From positions 1 through 59,088 of the IMG/VR virus record IMGVR_UViG_3300025869_002638: a DNA stretch of 59,088 bases; one strand, 5' to 3'. The position numbers were made by a program, and so were the translations under genes. Shown here piece by piece: positions 39,235 through 48,802 of the stretch (positions are counted from its first letter, which is position 1; every line of letters begins with the position of its first letter). The DNA comes from a virus. Taxonomy: Duplodnaviria; Caudoviricetes. The notes below the pieces were generated by a model. The model saw only the letters and a program-made list of their open reading frames with translations, searched no databases and was not told where the DNA came from.

Positions 39235-40856
39235 CCAATCTCCGAATTCCCTATATTAATCTCATATTGACTTTCATGTATGATAAAACTTTTATTATGA
39301 TAATTGCTATAAAAGAATACTTGTCTCTTTATTTCTAATATAGATGAACTCTCGGACAATATATCTTGAAGTACCGACTTGTCATCCTTTTTTTTAAGAT
39401 TCCATATATGAACGTTAGGAATAAAGAGTCGCTTAGTGGACCTTTTCTCAAGGCAGCCTAGAATACCGGTTATGCCCCTAATTAACTGATCATTTTTATG
39501 CTTTTTCATCCAATCGGGTAACTCTTGATCCTTGAGAAAGTTATCGTACATTTTCACCTGATTGTATAATTCAAGAAAAGCGGGTCTAACCTGTTCTTCC
39601 TCTAGTTTCTTAGTAGACAACACATTTAACCTATTAGCGTAGTGAGCGAGAAATTCTCCTATATCTTCCGGACTAGAAGGAGGTTTTAACGCTCCTAAAC
39701 AACCCATCATATTAAAAAGATCAGAAGGATAACATACACCTAGACGTCCCTGAGATAAAGACATATCATATGGACGAACATCATAAGGGTTTATTTCATA
39801 GGTACTCTCTGTAGTTGGAGACTTGATAATCCATGTGATTTTATGACTCAGTGGTGAATCAATCCAAACTAAACTAGGAATAGATGGAAGTAAATATGAG
39901 AAAGCGATGGCAATGATATACGAAATCACCAAAGGAATATTCGAGGTTATCTCGGAAACCTGAAGTTGTAGTCCATAGATCATAAAGATAACCGGAACCA
40001 ATACAGCCATCCACTTCCAGAAAAATATTCCTGTTGAAATAAATATTCCCAAGTGCATCAAGAACAGAAAACCAAAACAAAACAAGCCCAGTCGATAATC
40101 GATAACACTAAACACAGCAGCCATCTCAACATAAACTACTGCGGTCTGCAATGGGACATTGAGTTTTTGCATGAGCGGGAACCATGAACGATCGGCTATT
40201 AATCCCCAATTATTTTGATTTTTTGCGGCATGGGCTATATTTCCTAAAAGATTAACCCTCTCCCATTGTATCTTATATTTTCCCAGACCCGAGGAGAAAT
40301 AGTGTACTCCGCAGACCGCCGATAATGTAATTATCAATATTTCGGGAGGAACCTCAACAAAAGCACTCAAAATATAATATGAAATCAAATAACAAGCAAC
40401 TTTATGAGGCATATAAATTTCTGTAGCAGAAATAGAATTAAACCTAGAAAAGTACCATAAAGACCCTATAGTGAAAAATGGTATAAAATAAACAGGATAA
40501 ACCAACGAGAAAACCCAGATAAATAAGTATACAATATCCTGGTAGATAGATGGTCCGAGTATTACTGTTCCACTTACGGGCTCTAATGTTTTATCAAGTT
40601 TGTCGAAGAGAGTGCTCCACAGAAAAGCGCCTCCGATAAAGAAATTTAGAATCCTCTCATTTAACAGAGAAGAGTTATTAGCATTATAAGTAATCACTGT
40701 TGCTATGATTAACGATACTATAACGACCAGCCACCGTGTTTTAGGTTCGGGCATATGCCTCTCCCTAAGCCAGGCGTCCTGTTCATCTAGGGGTAAGAAA
40801 TTTCGGCAAACAAAAAGAGTTCCCACCATTAGTGCGAAGGTTGTAGCAATGAGCAT
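39231..40856 (-). CDS. Polytopic membrane protein, HTTM / vitamin-K-dependent carboxylase-like
   Basis: About 10 hydrophobic segments with HYFSSGLGK (YFxxGxxK), VYVEM and MHLGIFISTGIFF motifs typical of HTTM-type domains; coupled to a DCC gene. Confidence 0.55.
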   Translation of the reverse strand: MLIATTFALMVGTLFVCRNFLPLDEQDAWLRERHMPEPKTRWLVVIVSLIIATVITYNANNSSLLNERILNFFIGGAFLWSTLFDKLDKTLEPVSGTVILGPSIYQDIVYLFIWVFSLVYPVYFIPFFTIGSLWYFSRFNSISATEIYMPHKVACYLISYYILSAFVEVPPEILIITLSAVCGVHYFSSGLGKYKIQWERVNLLGNIAHAAKNQNNWGLIADRSWFPLMQKLNVPLQTAVVYVEMAAVFSVIDYRLGLFCFGFLFLMHLGIFISTGIFFWKWMAVLVPVIFMIYGLQLQVSEITSNIPLVISYIIAIAFSYLLPSIPSLVWIDSPLSHKITWIIKSPTTESTYEINPYDVRPYDMSLSQGRLGVCYPSDLFNMMGCLGALKPPSSPEDIGEFLAHYANRLNVLSTKKLEEEQVRPAFLELYNQVKMYDNFLKDQELPDWMKKHKNDQLIRGITGILGCLEKRSTKRLFIPNVHIWNLKKKDDKSVLQDILSESSSILEIKRQVFFYSNYHNKSFIIHESQYEINIGNSEIG

Positions 40857-40859
40857 AGT

Positions 40860-42203
40860 TTATGTCCTAAAACCGCTGTTAGCCCTAAATCCAACTTTAC
40901 TAAACAGTCCGTTGGGAGCCATGGGATAGCCTCGCTTTGTCAGGACGTGATGAATAGGGGATTTATAATGAGAATTTTTTAATTCATTTTTGAGCCATAA
41001 AAACTCCTGTACCACCGCAAAATCTAAAAATGGGTACCTACACTCTAGCCCGTAAGTTCCCCCTACATTCTCATCCTTTGCTAAGAATTCTTCTTGGGTT
41101 CCTCCATAGAAATTCTCCCATGGATAAACCTTAGCCAAATCGTCGGGGAAATAGCCTCCAATAGTAGAGTGAAGAAACCCTGGAGCCACACGCCCAGCGT
41201 GTCCATAGTCACTTAAGATCTCATCAGATCCTTGACCAGACATATAGACCTTGCATCCAGCGGTTTTTGCTTTTTCGCATACAATCCCGGTTCCTACCGC
41301 TCCTTTGTCCTTCAAGACGCTGTACCCATTTGCTCTAGTTTGGCGTGGGGGAGTAGTAAAGGGTTCACAATTATTTTCAAGAAATGCTTTTTGCCCTTCG
41401 TATTGTGCCTGAGTAAGGTGAATAAACTCATTATGGGGTGCCAACAAGCCTCTGGCTTTTAAAACTTCGTAGTTCTCAGCCGCTAAGATGGAGTATGACT
41501 TATAATCTACTTCAAATTCATTTAGAAAGCAAGATATGAGCCCACTATCGTATCCGCTACTCAATCCTATAAAGTAAGACACCTGAGAGTTATTTGTGCG
41601 TTTTTCGATAGCAGAACTAAATGCCTGCTCCCAATCATCAAAATGATTTTTATGTTGGCTTAAATTAAAAACACGATAGGGGTCCTGAGTTACCTGCTTA
41701 GTTTTCATGTTTAGAACTGTGATTTGATTCAAAGGTACCGTCGTGATGTTCGAGAACCCTAGATGTTTCAATTGAGAGGTATAACTGCTTACTGCTATAC
41801 CTCTTTCATCCCATGCCATAAACATAGGCTTGGTTCCGAAAGTATCTCGAAACATTACCAGTTCTGTATTGGTTCGAATAATTCCTGAAAATTCACCATC
41901 AAGTTGTTGGAGCCCCTCAATACCCTCAGCGTCATATGCCTCTAAAATAGCATACCCATCAGATTTGAAAGTTCCGAACTTGTTGTAGTTATAAACTTCA
42001 CCATTGTAAACTAAATAACTCTCACCTAATTCCAATGGCTGCGGAGTTCTTTCTCCAGTAATATGTAATAAATAATGAGCAAAAGTCTCACCATCAATCT
42101 TTGCATGATTCGTGTAATCAGGTCCTCGTTTTTGGACCATTGATTCCGAATTTTTTAGTAATTCTTCCTCTATATCAAAAGAGGCATATAAAAAGCCACA
42201 CAT
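40860..42203 (-). CDS. Asparagine synthetase B-like glutamine amidotransferase
   Basis: N-terminal MCG (Ntn Cys), RGPD, YNGEVYN, RDTFGTKP, LSSGYDS (PP-loop), SGQGSDE, ECRYPFLD. Confidence 0.9.
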   Translation of the reverse strand: MCGFLYASFDIEEELLKNSESMVQKRGPDYTNHAKIDGETFAHYLLHITGERTPQPLELGESYLVYNGEVYNYNKFGTFKSDGYAILEAYDAEGIEGLQQLDGEFSGIIRTNTELVMFRDTFGTKPMFMAWDERGIAVSSYTSQLKHLGFSNITTVPLNQITVLNMKTKQVTQDPYRVFNLSQHKNHFDDWEQAFSSAIEKRTNNSQVSYFIGLSSGYDSGLISCFLNEFEVDYKSYSILAAENYEVLKARGLLAPHNEFIHLTQAQYEGQKAFLENNCEPFTTPPRQTRANGYSVLKDKGAVGTGIVCEKAKTAGCKVYMSGQGSDEILSDYGHAGRVAPGFLHSTIGGYFPDDLAKVYPWENFYGGTQEEFLAKDENVGGTYGLECRYPFLDFAVVQEFLWLKNELKNSHYKSPIHHVLTKRGYPMAPNGLFSKVGFRANSGFRT

Positions 42204-42809
42204 TTAGTACCCCAAAGCATTCCACGTTGCGTCAATTATGATGTCAGGATTTTGCTCCCTTATCTGATCAACTAGTTGTGATTGATGAACCCCGGTATCA
42301 TTCCATTCGGGATGCCATTCAAGATAAATTTTATTTATTTTAGAAAAAGTGTTGTTTTGAAGCATTTTGGGAATTACTCGATATTCCTCACCTTCAATAT
42401 CCAGTTTTAAAATAACAAAAGTTTCTTTATTATCTCCCACTTGAACATTGATAAACTCGCTGAGGTCTATACACTCAACTGTCTTCTTTACGACTTTACC
42501 CTTTACGTTGGACCCACAATCGCCAACCCTTTTCTTATCTTCGGCTTTAGAAACCCATGTTGTAGATGCTCCAGAATAAGATTCATGATCATAGAAGGTG
42601 ATCGTAGAGTTCACATCTGAGACGGCTTTTTTGTGAAAGTTGACATTGGGATACTTGTTCAACGAAGCGCCAACTTCTTCTGCATTGCCGACGGCACCTG
42701 GTTCAAAGCAATGAACCTCATAATCATCAAAATCAGGCAGAGTTTCTGTGGCGAACTTTCTTATTGAACATCCGTTATTCGCACCACAATCAAATAATAA
42801 CTTTTTCAC
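42204..42809 (-). CDS. FkbM-family methyltransferase
   Basis: FDCGANNG, HCFEP, LKLDIEGEEY and IYLEWH motifs. Confidence 0.88.
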   Translation of the reverse strand: MKKLLFDCGANNGCSIRKFATETLPDFDDYEVHCFEPGAVGNAEEVGASLNKYPNVNFHKKAVSDVNSTITFYDHESYSGASTTWVSKAEDKKRVGDCGSNVKGKVVKKTVECIDLSEFINVQVGDNKETFVILKLDIEGEEYRVIPKMLQNNTFSKINKIYLEWHPEWNDTGVHQSQLVDQIREQNPDIIIDATWNALGY

Positions 42810-43702
42810 TTATTTTCTCTTTCCTTAAGAAGGAAGCGACCGTGCTCTCTATAATGATTAAGGGCTCGAATCGATTGGTTAACTTGGGCTCTTTTTAAAC
42901 GGGTATAGGTTTCCACCCGTTCTTCTAACTTTTCCACTACTCTTCCATGCCATTTAAAATGATGGACAAGGTAAGGAATTTCTTTCTTTAATTCATTCAT
43001 AGATGAGGTCCAGTCTTCAGGCTCCTGATCACGGTTGGCATAATCTGGATCTCCCACCCACTTAATGAACTGTGGAGTCTCGTGATATGAGATAGATTTT
43101 CCATGCGGATATACCGTTGCAGGTTTTACTTGTTCATGTACTTGTCCTGATCCATTGTTGGCTCGCAGAAATCCTCGATAAGCCATCAATTTAGCACCTG
43201 TAAGTTTAAGCAGGGAATTAAGATCAGCACAAACGGGGAATTCTTTAAACACATCCTGTGTTTCTACGTCCGGAGGAACAGTCCCGGACTCAGTCAATCG
43301 ATCAATCAACATACCCTGAACGGCATTGATGCCCTGCTTGTCGAATTGATCAAAAAGTTCTGCATAAGTAGGGGTCGGAATTTCATGAAATTCATCTGTA
43401 TCGGGATGAACTACCCAATCTTCAGGTGTAACATGTTTGTTGAGCAAAGTATGAACTCTACTCCACTTTTCCTGGCTCTCATAACGAGTGCACCAGATAT
43501 CTTTGGGTTCAATACCATGATTGTCGAGTATCTTAAGTCCTGACTTAATATTAGTCGAGACGTTTCCCTCTTCTGATGTGTTTAGTACTAGCAGGAAGTT
43601 TTTTGAGGGGATTCCCAAAGATTTATAATGTTTGCAAAATTGGTCTAATAAGACTATATCGTGATCGAGACCAACACAAGCCGTTAAGTAAATTTTTCTC
43701 AT
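42806..43702 (-). CDS. GT-A fold glycosyltransferase (GT2-like)
   Basis: FCKHYKSLG, DWVVHPDTDEF (DxD) and HHFKW patterns. Confidence 0.7.
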   Translation of the reverse strand: MRKIYLTACVGLDHDIVLLDQFCKHYKSLGIPSKNFLLVLNTSEEGNVSTNIKSGLKILDNHGIEPKDIWCTRYESQEKWSRVHTLLNKHVTPEDWVVHPDTDEFHEIPTPTYAELFDQFDKQGINAVQGMLIDRLTESGTVPPDVETQDVFKEFPVCADLNSLLKLTGAKLMAYRGFLRANNGSGQVHEQVKPATVYPHGKSISYHETPQFIKWVGDPDYANRDQEPEDWTSSMNELKKEIPYLVHHFKWHGRVVEKLEERVETYTRLKRAQVNQSIRALNHYREHGRFLLKERENK

Positions 43703-43715
43703 TATAGATTGTTAC

Positions 43716-44984
43716 CTATTCTTCACGGAGTTGGATATTAAACTGGCCCTTAACAATTGCCTGGTGGCTTGGTGCACCAGATCCTGTCTCGCCAACATGG
43801 TAAACTTTAAAGGGGAGTCCAGCACTCACAAGTTGATAAATATCATTGAAGCACCCAAAACGAGTGTCAAAATCATCAAAAACCCAAATGGGATTTTCTG
43901 ACTGTTGGTTGTTTAAATTTGCAACATCTGTAATAACTGCGCCCTGATCATGAGAACCATCGATATAAAACAGCCCAACATCTTCTATTTTTTCACTCAT
44001 TTCAGAACTAGTGCCTGTCACAAAAGAAATATTGTCTTGGTCTTGATATTTCTTTTTATACGTCTCATTTCGCACATCACGAATATCACATGTTGTTACG
44101 GTCCCACCTACGGTATTTACATATTCTGCAAAAGAATAAAACTGCCATCCTTGTGCAGTTCCAACTTCTGCGATATTTTTAACACCATACTGCTCTGCAA
44201 ATCGGGTAAGGTAATATCCTCGTCGAGATAAAGTTGTTAATATGTTGTTTCGGCGGCTCTCATCCATAATGTTAGAAGAGTCTAATTTTTGTTTTTGAGT
44301 TGGTAGGTTAACAGTATCCCAGATTTGTTGATACTCAGTCGGTACCTCAACAGTATGAAGATTTCCGTATGTTTCATATATATTCGTAAGATCAGCGTCT
44401 TTCATGAACACTAGTTCAAAATTTGTGTCTGCAAAATTGACTCCTGCCGGAAGAGGGCGCATCAAGACGCAGTAACTCTTTTCAAATAATGGCAGAACAT
44501 CGTAAATTGGATTATGAACTACAAACTCTGTAAAATCATCCTTCTCCAGTCCAAGAGGTATCTGAAGATAAAAAAGCCCTCCTGGACTAAGGACTCTCTC
44601 TACTTCACTAATTAATTTTTCCGGCATAATGGAATGGTCCAATGAGTTTGTATAGACAAAATCAAAAGAATCATTTTCATATTCTAGATTATGCATATCA
44701 CCCTTTAGGACCAAAGGCTCGTGAGGAATTAAGTCCAAGCCAACGACAGACTCAATCCCCAGCTCTCTCAAGGCGATAACTTTCTCTCCGGCGGCGGCGC
44801 CCAGCACTAAACACTTTTTTTCTGGGGTTAGATAGTTACTTAACTTACTGAATTCATTTTTAAACCCGTCGAGCCTTAGTTGCCATTCGGGTCCTGACTG
44901 CTTTGTATAGCGATCTGTCTGTGAGTCTTTAGAAGATTGATGTTTGATGTAATCTTCATAATTTTCATAATTTCTGGTCTTCAT
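43716..44984 (-). CDS. Tandem class I SAM-dependent methyltransferase (two domains)
   Basis: Domain 1: LVLGAAAG, GLDL, GDMHNL...SFDFVY...LDH...RVLSPGG. Domain 2: AEVGTAQG...FYIDGSH...FDD. Confidence 0.85.
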   Translation of the reverse strand: MKTRNYENYEDYIKHQSSKDSQTDRYTKQSGPEWQLRLDGFKNEFSKLSNYLTPEKKCLVLGAAAGEKVIALRELGIESVVGLDLIPHEPLVLKGDMHNLEYENDSFDFVYTNSLDHSIMPEKLISEVERVLSPGGLFYLQIPLGLEKDDFTEFVVHNPIYDVLPLFEKSYCVLMRPLPAGVNFADTNFELVFMKDADLTNIYETYGNLHTVEVPTEYQQIWDTVNLPTQKQKLDSSNIMDESRRNNILTTLSRRGYYLTRFAEQYGVKNIAEVGTAQGWQFYSFAEYVNTVGGTVTTCDIRDVRNETYKKKYQDQDNISFVTGTSSEMSEKIEDVGLFYIDGSHDQGAVITDVANLNNQQSENPIWVFDDFDTRFGCFNDIYQLVSAGLPFKVYHVGETGSGAPSHQAIVKGQFNIQLREE

Positions 44985-45001
44985 AGTAATCTATCCTGGA
45001 G

Positions 45002-45892
45002 TTATTTAGAATGAGTTTCTAAAAATTTTAAATATTTATGTGCTACTCTATTAATATCAAGGTTTATGTCTTTTGTTAATGTCTGAACCTTGGAAAAGTC
45101 TAAAGGTGGCGGGTCGTAGAGTCGGAATGGCTGTAGATCCCACTCCATATCTTCAATGACTATGGCATCAGTTCCAGCGATTTCAGGAGTTCCTCCGCTT
45201 GAGGCGCAAATTATTTGACAGCCGCTGGCTCGGGCATCTACCACTACGTTAGGACAATGATCCATAAGTGCAAGATGAATAAAATACTTAGACTTCTTGT
45301 ATAGTGAGATTAAAGTAACCCAGTCTAAATTTCCAACATAATATACCCTAGGGTGATTCGCTTGGTAGTCTGGATTTTGTCCGGCCACGACCAAACACTC
45401 ATCTTCCGAACTGTGTTCCAAGAAATATCTAATGTTTTCAGACAACCTTTTGTGCGGTCGCCATGATGAGGCGCAGCACCACACATTCTCATAATTATCA
45501 AAAATCGGATGTTCTAGGGTAGAGATTTTCTCGATAAGAGAAACATCTGTTCCATTATGGATGACTGTTGTACTTTCTTTTGTCCCAAAGTATCTTTCTG
45601 TTAATGTCCTGTTGAAACTAGATTGGAAAATTACGCCAGCGGCTTCTTGGTAGGCTTTTTGGATTGGTGCATTTAAAGCATTCCAGTCTTGCTCTGAGTT
45701 AAAATAAATTCCATCTAGGCGAAGAACCATAGGGGCTACCCGAATATTGGACTGGATGAAGGACAATTGAACATCCGGATCCACATGAGAGATCTCATGT
45801 CCATTATCTACAAAAGACTCTGCTAACTTTTTTCCAAATGAGTTAGGTCCTGAATTTGACTGAAAGTTTACATTATCAAAATAGATTTTCAC
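45002..45892 (-). CDS. GT4-like glycosyltransferase
   Basis: HKR, DHCPNVVVDARASG and SSGGTPE GT-B C-terminal pattern. Start reassigned to GTG at 45892 to limit overlap. Confidence 0.82.
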   Translation of the reverse strand: MKIYFDNVNFQSNSGPNSFGKKLAESFVDNGHEISHVDPDVQLSFIQSNIRVAPMVLRLDGIYFNSEQDWNALNAPIQKAYQEAAGVIFQSSFNRTLTERYFGTKESTTVIHNGTDVSLIEKISTLEHPIFDNYENVWCCASSWRPHKRLSENIRYFLEHSSEDECLVVAGQNPDYQANHPRVYYVGNLDWVTLISLYKKSKYFIHLALMDHCPNVVVDARASGCQIICASSGGTPEIAGTDAIVIEDMEWDLQPFRLYDPPPLDFSKVQTLTKDINLDINRVAHKYLKFLETHSK

Positions 45893-47507
45893 TATTAATC
45901 CTCTGGTATGGTTTTTTCCCTCTGATCTCTTGCATGGTATCATACTGCTTTTGGACCTTTAACTTATTGACCGCATTAGGATTCCCAATGTTATAAACAC
46001 ACAATATTTCTGGGATGTATTTTATTCTATCTTGAGACATCTCTAGAAGAGGTAACATAATTGCCTGATCATAACAACTTTCATAAAAGTTGCCGGCTTC
46101 GTCTTGAAGGTCTTTTTTATCTAACTGGTCCCAAAGAAACATTCGATAAGTTTTCAAGTGAGATGCACGCCAATCGTCTTGGCGGAAAGATGCGCTGGAA
46201 ACAACCTCAGGCGAATATTCACTAGACTCAAGACCCAGGTGTCCGTCTGGGAAACGGACAAAACTACCAAAAGTCATAAAACAGTTATCTGACTGGTAAT
46301 ATTTATTCAAAGTACTGAGAGTATGTTCATTAGAGAACCAGTCGTCGCCATCTAACAATACAACTACATCTTGAGGATCTGACTGTATCTTCTCTAGGGC
46401 GTCGTGGATATTACGTAACGCATACTTCTTAACATTATTTTTGATGGTAATAAATTTTTTCCCTAATTTTTGATCCTGGATCTTGTTCCATGTTCCATCA
46501 GTAGATATATCGTCGATAATAACACATTCATAGTTCTTATACTCTTGATCTCTTATGCTTCGAATGGTTCTGTCGATCCACTCTTCACAATTGTAAGATG
46601 GGACAATAATCTTAAAATGTGTAGACTCTGCCTTCCCAGTGGGTCCAGGAATATTATATGGCATATGTTCGTGGTTACGATTCCAAAAATACTTTACTCG
46701 TCCTGACAGGTAAGAGTGACTGTCCTCGACGGTGCCAGAAAACCATTCTTCATCTTTGTGCTGAACATTGTCATTTAAGACCAATTCGCACCCAAGCATC
46801 TTAGCCTCGATCACTGTGCGAGGGCAAGTATCCCCACCACGTGGAAGAAATATAAAACCTTTAGACGTAGAGAATTTGGCTAACATTTCTTCGTAGGAAA
46901 TTCCTTTGAAGGTTTCGTAGGGCAAGCCATTATCTTTGGCATACTTGATCGCATCTTCGGTTCCCTTAACCCAAGAATCAGAATCCTGTATAAGCCACTT
47001 ATTACTTTTCTTACTAGACTTAAGCCGGGAAAAAGTATCCAATGCGCTTGGATCGAAGATAGAACTTAAAACTTCAGTAGTGTCTTTTTGCAGAAAAGGA
47101 AAGTGCTCTAAATAAATATTCATCTGAGCGGCGGACATAAACCATAAACTCTGCGCATGGTGATAAAATAGGGATATTAGTTTTCCCTGCATCTCTTGGT
47201 GACAATTGCAGACACCCTCAGCAGCAACATGTTTTTCAGGTAGGCGAAATTTACAAAATTTATAATCATACTCAATAATTGAGTACGTTAATTTCTGTGT
47301 GCACTCTAGGATAAGATTAGGGCTTAAGCCTGAGAAGTTTCCGAATACCCAGTAACGATCTTTGAGCGCCTCGATTACCTGGGGATTAACTTGCTGAGAT
47401 CTGACCCTGATCAAAGGCAGGTCTGTCCCTGTTATGATACCCTCAGTAGTAAGTTCTGCTCCTCCAACATAATCTTCTGCAAAAATATCAGATACGAAGA
47501 CTATCAT
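45876..47507 (-). CDS. Bifunctional glycosyltransferase (GT-B-like N-terminus fused to GT2)
   Basis: N-half GGAELT...DTCPRTVIEAKMLGC; C-half IIVPSYN...IDDISTDGT...LDGDDW. Confidence 0.85.
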   Translation of the reverse strand: MIVFVSDIFAEDYVGGAELTTEGIITGTDLPLIRVRSQQVNPQVIEALKDRYWVFGNFSGLSPNLILECTQKLTYSIIEYDYKFCKFRLPEKHVAAEGVCNCHQEMQGKLISLFYHHAQSLWFMSAAQMNIYLEHFPFLQKDTTEVLSSIFDPSALDTFSRLKSSKKSNKWLIQDSDSWVKGTEDAIKYAKDNGLPYETFKGISYEEMLAKFSTSKGFIFLPRGGDTCPRTVIEAKMLGCELVLNDNVQHKDEEWFSGTVEDSHSYLSGRVKYFWNRNHEHMPYNIPGPTGKAESTHFKIIVPSYNCEEWIDRTIRSIRDQEYKNYECVIIDDISTDGTWNKIQDQKLGKKFITIKNNVKKYALRNIHDALEKIQSDPQDVVVLLDGDDWFSNEHTLSTLNKYYQSDNCFMTFGSFVRFPDGHLGLESSEYSPEVVSSASFRQDDWRASHLKTYRMFLWDQLDKKDLQDEAGNFYESCYDQAIMLPLLEMSQDRIKYIPEILCVYNIGNPNAVNKLKVQKQYDTMQEIRGKKPYQRINSENLF

Positions 47508-48802
47508 TTGTTTCCAGAAATAGCATCAAACATATTATTAACTTCAATTTCAAAAGTCTTAGTAGGTGCGGCGCTCACTGGTACATCGTTCAAAGAGTTG
47601 ACACACTTTTCAAATACATTATCTTTAGAAAAGGTAGTGCGAATGTGCTCTCCTAATACTTCAGCATTCTTCTGATGAAGTGGTTGTGACTTTAATAGAG
47701 ATTGTAAATTCTTTTTGAAGGAATCCTCCTCCACATAACACCATTCGCACTCCTTGGTGATCAAGCCAGGCATTAAATGTTTTTCCTTGACTGGCTCAAT
47801 GTTGAACTTCGCCTTAAGAAATAAATTCTTTACCTTAGATTTTCCGCTCGTCTCGTTGGTATAAGGAGCACTTAGAAAGTCTAAATGTCCTGACCAAGCC
47901 GGCGCTAGAACTGGGATATCCGCACAAACAGCGTTAAACAAAGGAACACCAAAGCCTTCTCCATGCGTTGTGGTGATATAACCTTTGATGAAATCTTTTT
48001 GATATAAAGATCTCATTTCTTTTTCGCTTAAGTTTCCATGGAGTAAATGAATTTTACACTTCTTATCGGATAGTCCTGTTTCCATTAGAATCTGTTGGAC
48101 TCTGTTTCGAACGTAATGGCGATCTAAGGTGCTATTGTTCATGTGATGCATTTTGACGATCAGTCCAACATCTTCATTGTCTTTAAATTCTTCGCAAAAC
48201 CATTTGACTAGATTATAAAAATTCTTACGAGGTGCCAATTGGGAAACAGTCAAAAAATTCAGAGAAGTATCAATCTCATTATAGGCAGAGAAGTGATCTT
48301 CTGGTTCGGTAATCGTATTGTAAAAAGGGATTACATCGATAGGTGTAGTAATAGTCTGACCTGTTTGAGGATCTTTAGCGTTTTCCAGATTCTTTTTAGA
48401 ATGAGAAGAGACTACAAGTAGTTTACTCATCATATTGCACTTATCAATCCACTCAGTAGGAGCCTTGGTAGTCTCCAAGGCAGCAGTGACCCCTATGTCA
48501 TAATTTGTAATCTTTTCAAATTCATTAGGTGGTCTTACTTGTAAACTACAGTCAAAAACAGTGTTTATCGGGGTTTGCGCTTGATTCAACTCATTCATAT
48601 ACTGATGAGTTTTACGGAGAATTGATTCATATCGAGCGCCGAAACGGGAGTCAGAACTGGATCGAGCCCATTGAGTGCAGAGCATATAAACTTCGAATTT
48701 ATCTTCTTGCGCTAAAAGAGCATCTGCCATTAGCCGTGCATGATCACTATACCCGCTGATGTTGACGAATGGTCCGATTAATAATACTTTTTTCTTACTC
48801 AT
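47504..48802 (-). CDS. GT4-like glycosyltransferase
   Basis: SGYSDHAR, PRKN, HGEGFGVP and WSGHLDF motifs. True start probably the ATG at 48802 (TAATG overlap), not 48892. Confidence 0.85.
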   Translation of the reverse strand: MSKKKVLLIGPFVNISGYSDHARLMADALLAQEDKFEVYMLCTQWARSSSDSRFGARYESILRKTHQYMNELNQAQTPINTVFDCSLQVRPPNEFEKITNYDIGVTAALETTKAPTEWIDKCNMMSKLLVVSSHSKKNLENAKDPQTGQTITTPIDVIPFYNTITEPEDHFSAYNEIDTSLNFLTVSQLAPRKNFYNLVKWFCEEFKDNEDVGLIVKMHHMNNSTLDRHYVRNRVQQILMETGLSDKKCKIHLLHGNLSEKEMRSLYQKDFIKGYITTTHGEGFGVPLFNAVCADIPVLAPAWSGHLDFLSAPYTNETSGKSKVKNLFLKAKFNIEPVKEKHLMPGLITKECEWCYVEEDSFKKNLQSLLKSQPLHQKNAEVLGEHIRTTFSKDNVFEKCVNSLNDVPVSAAPTKTFEIEVNNMFDAISGNK

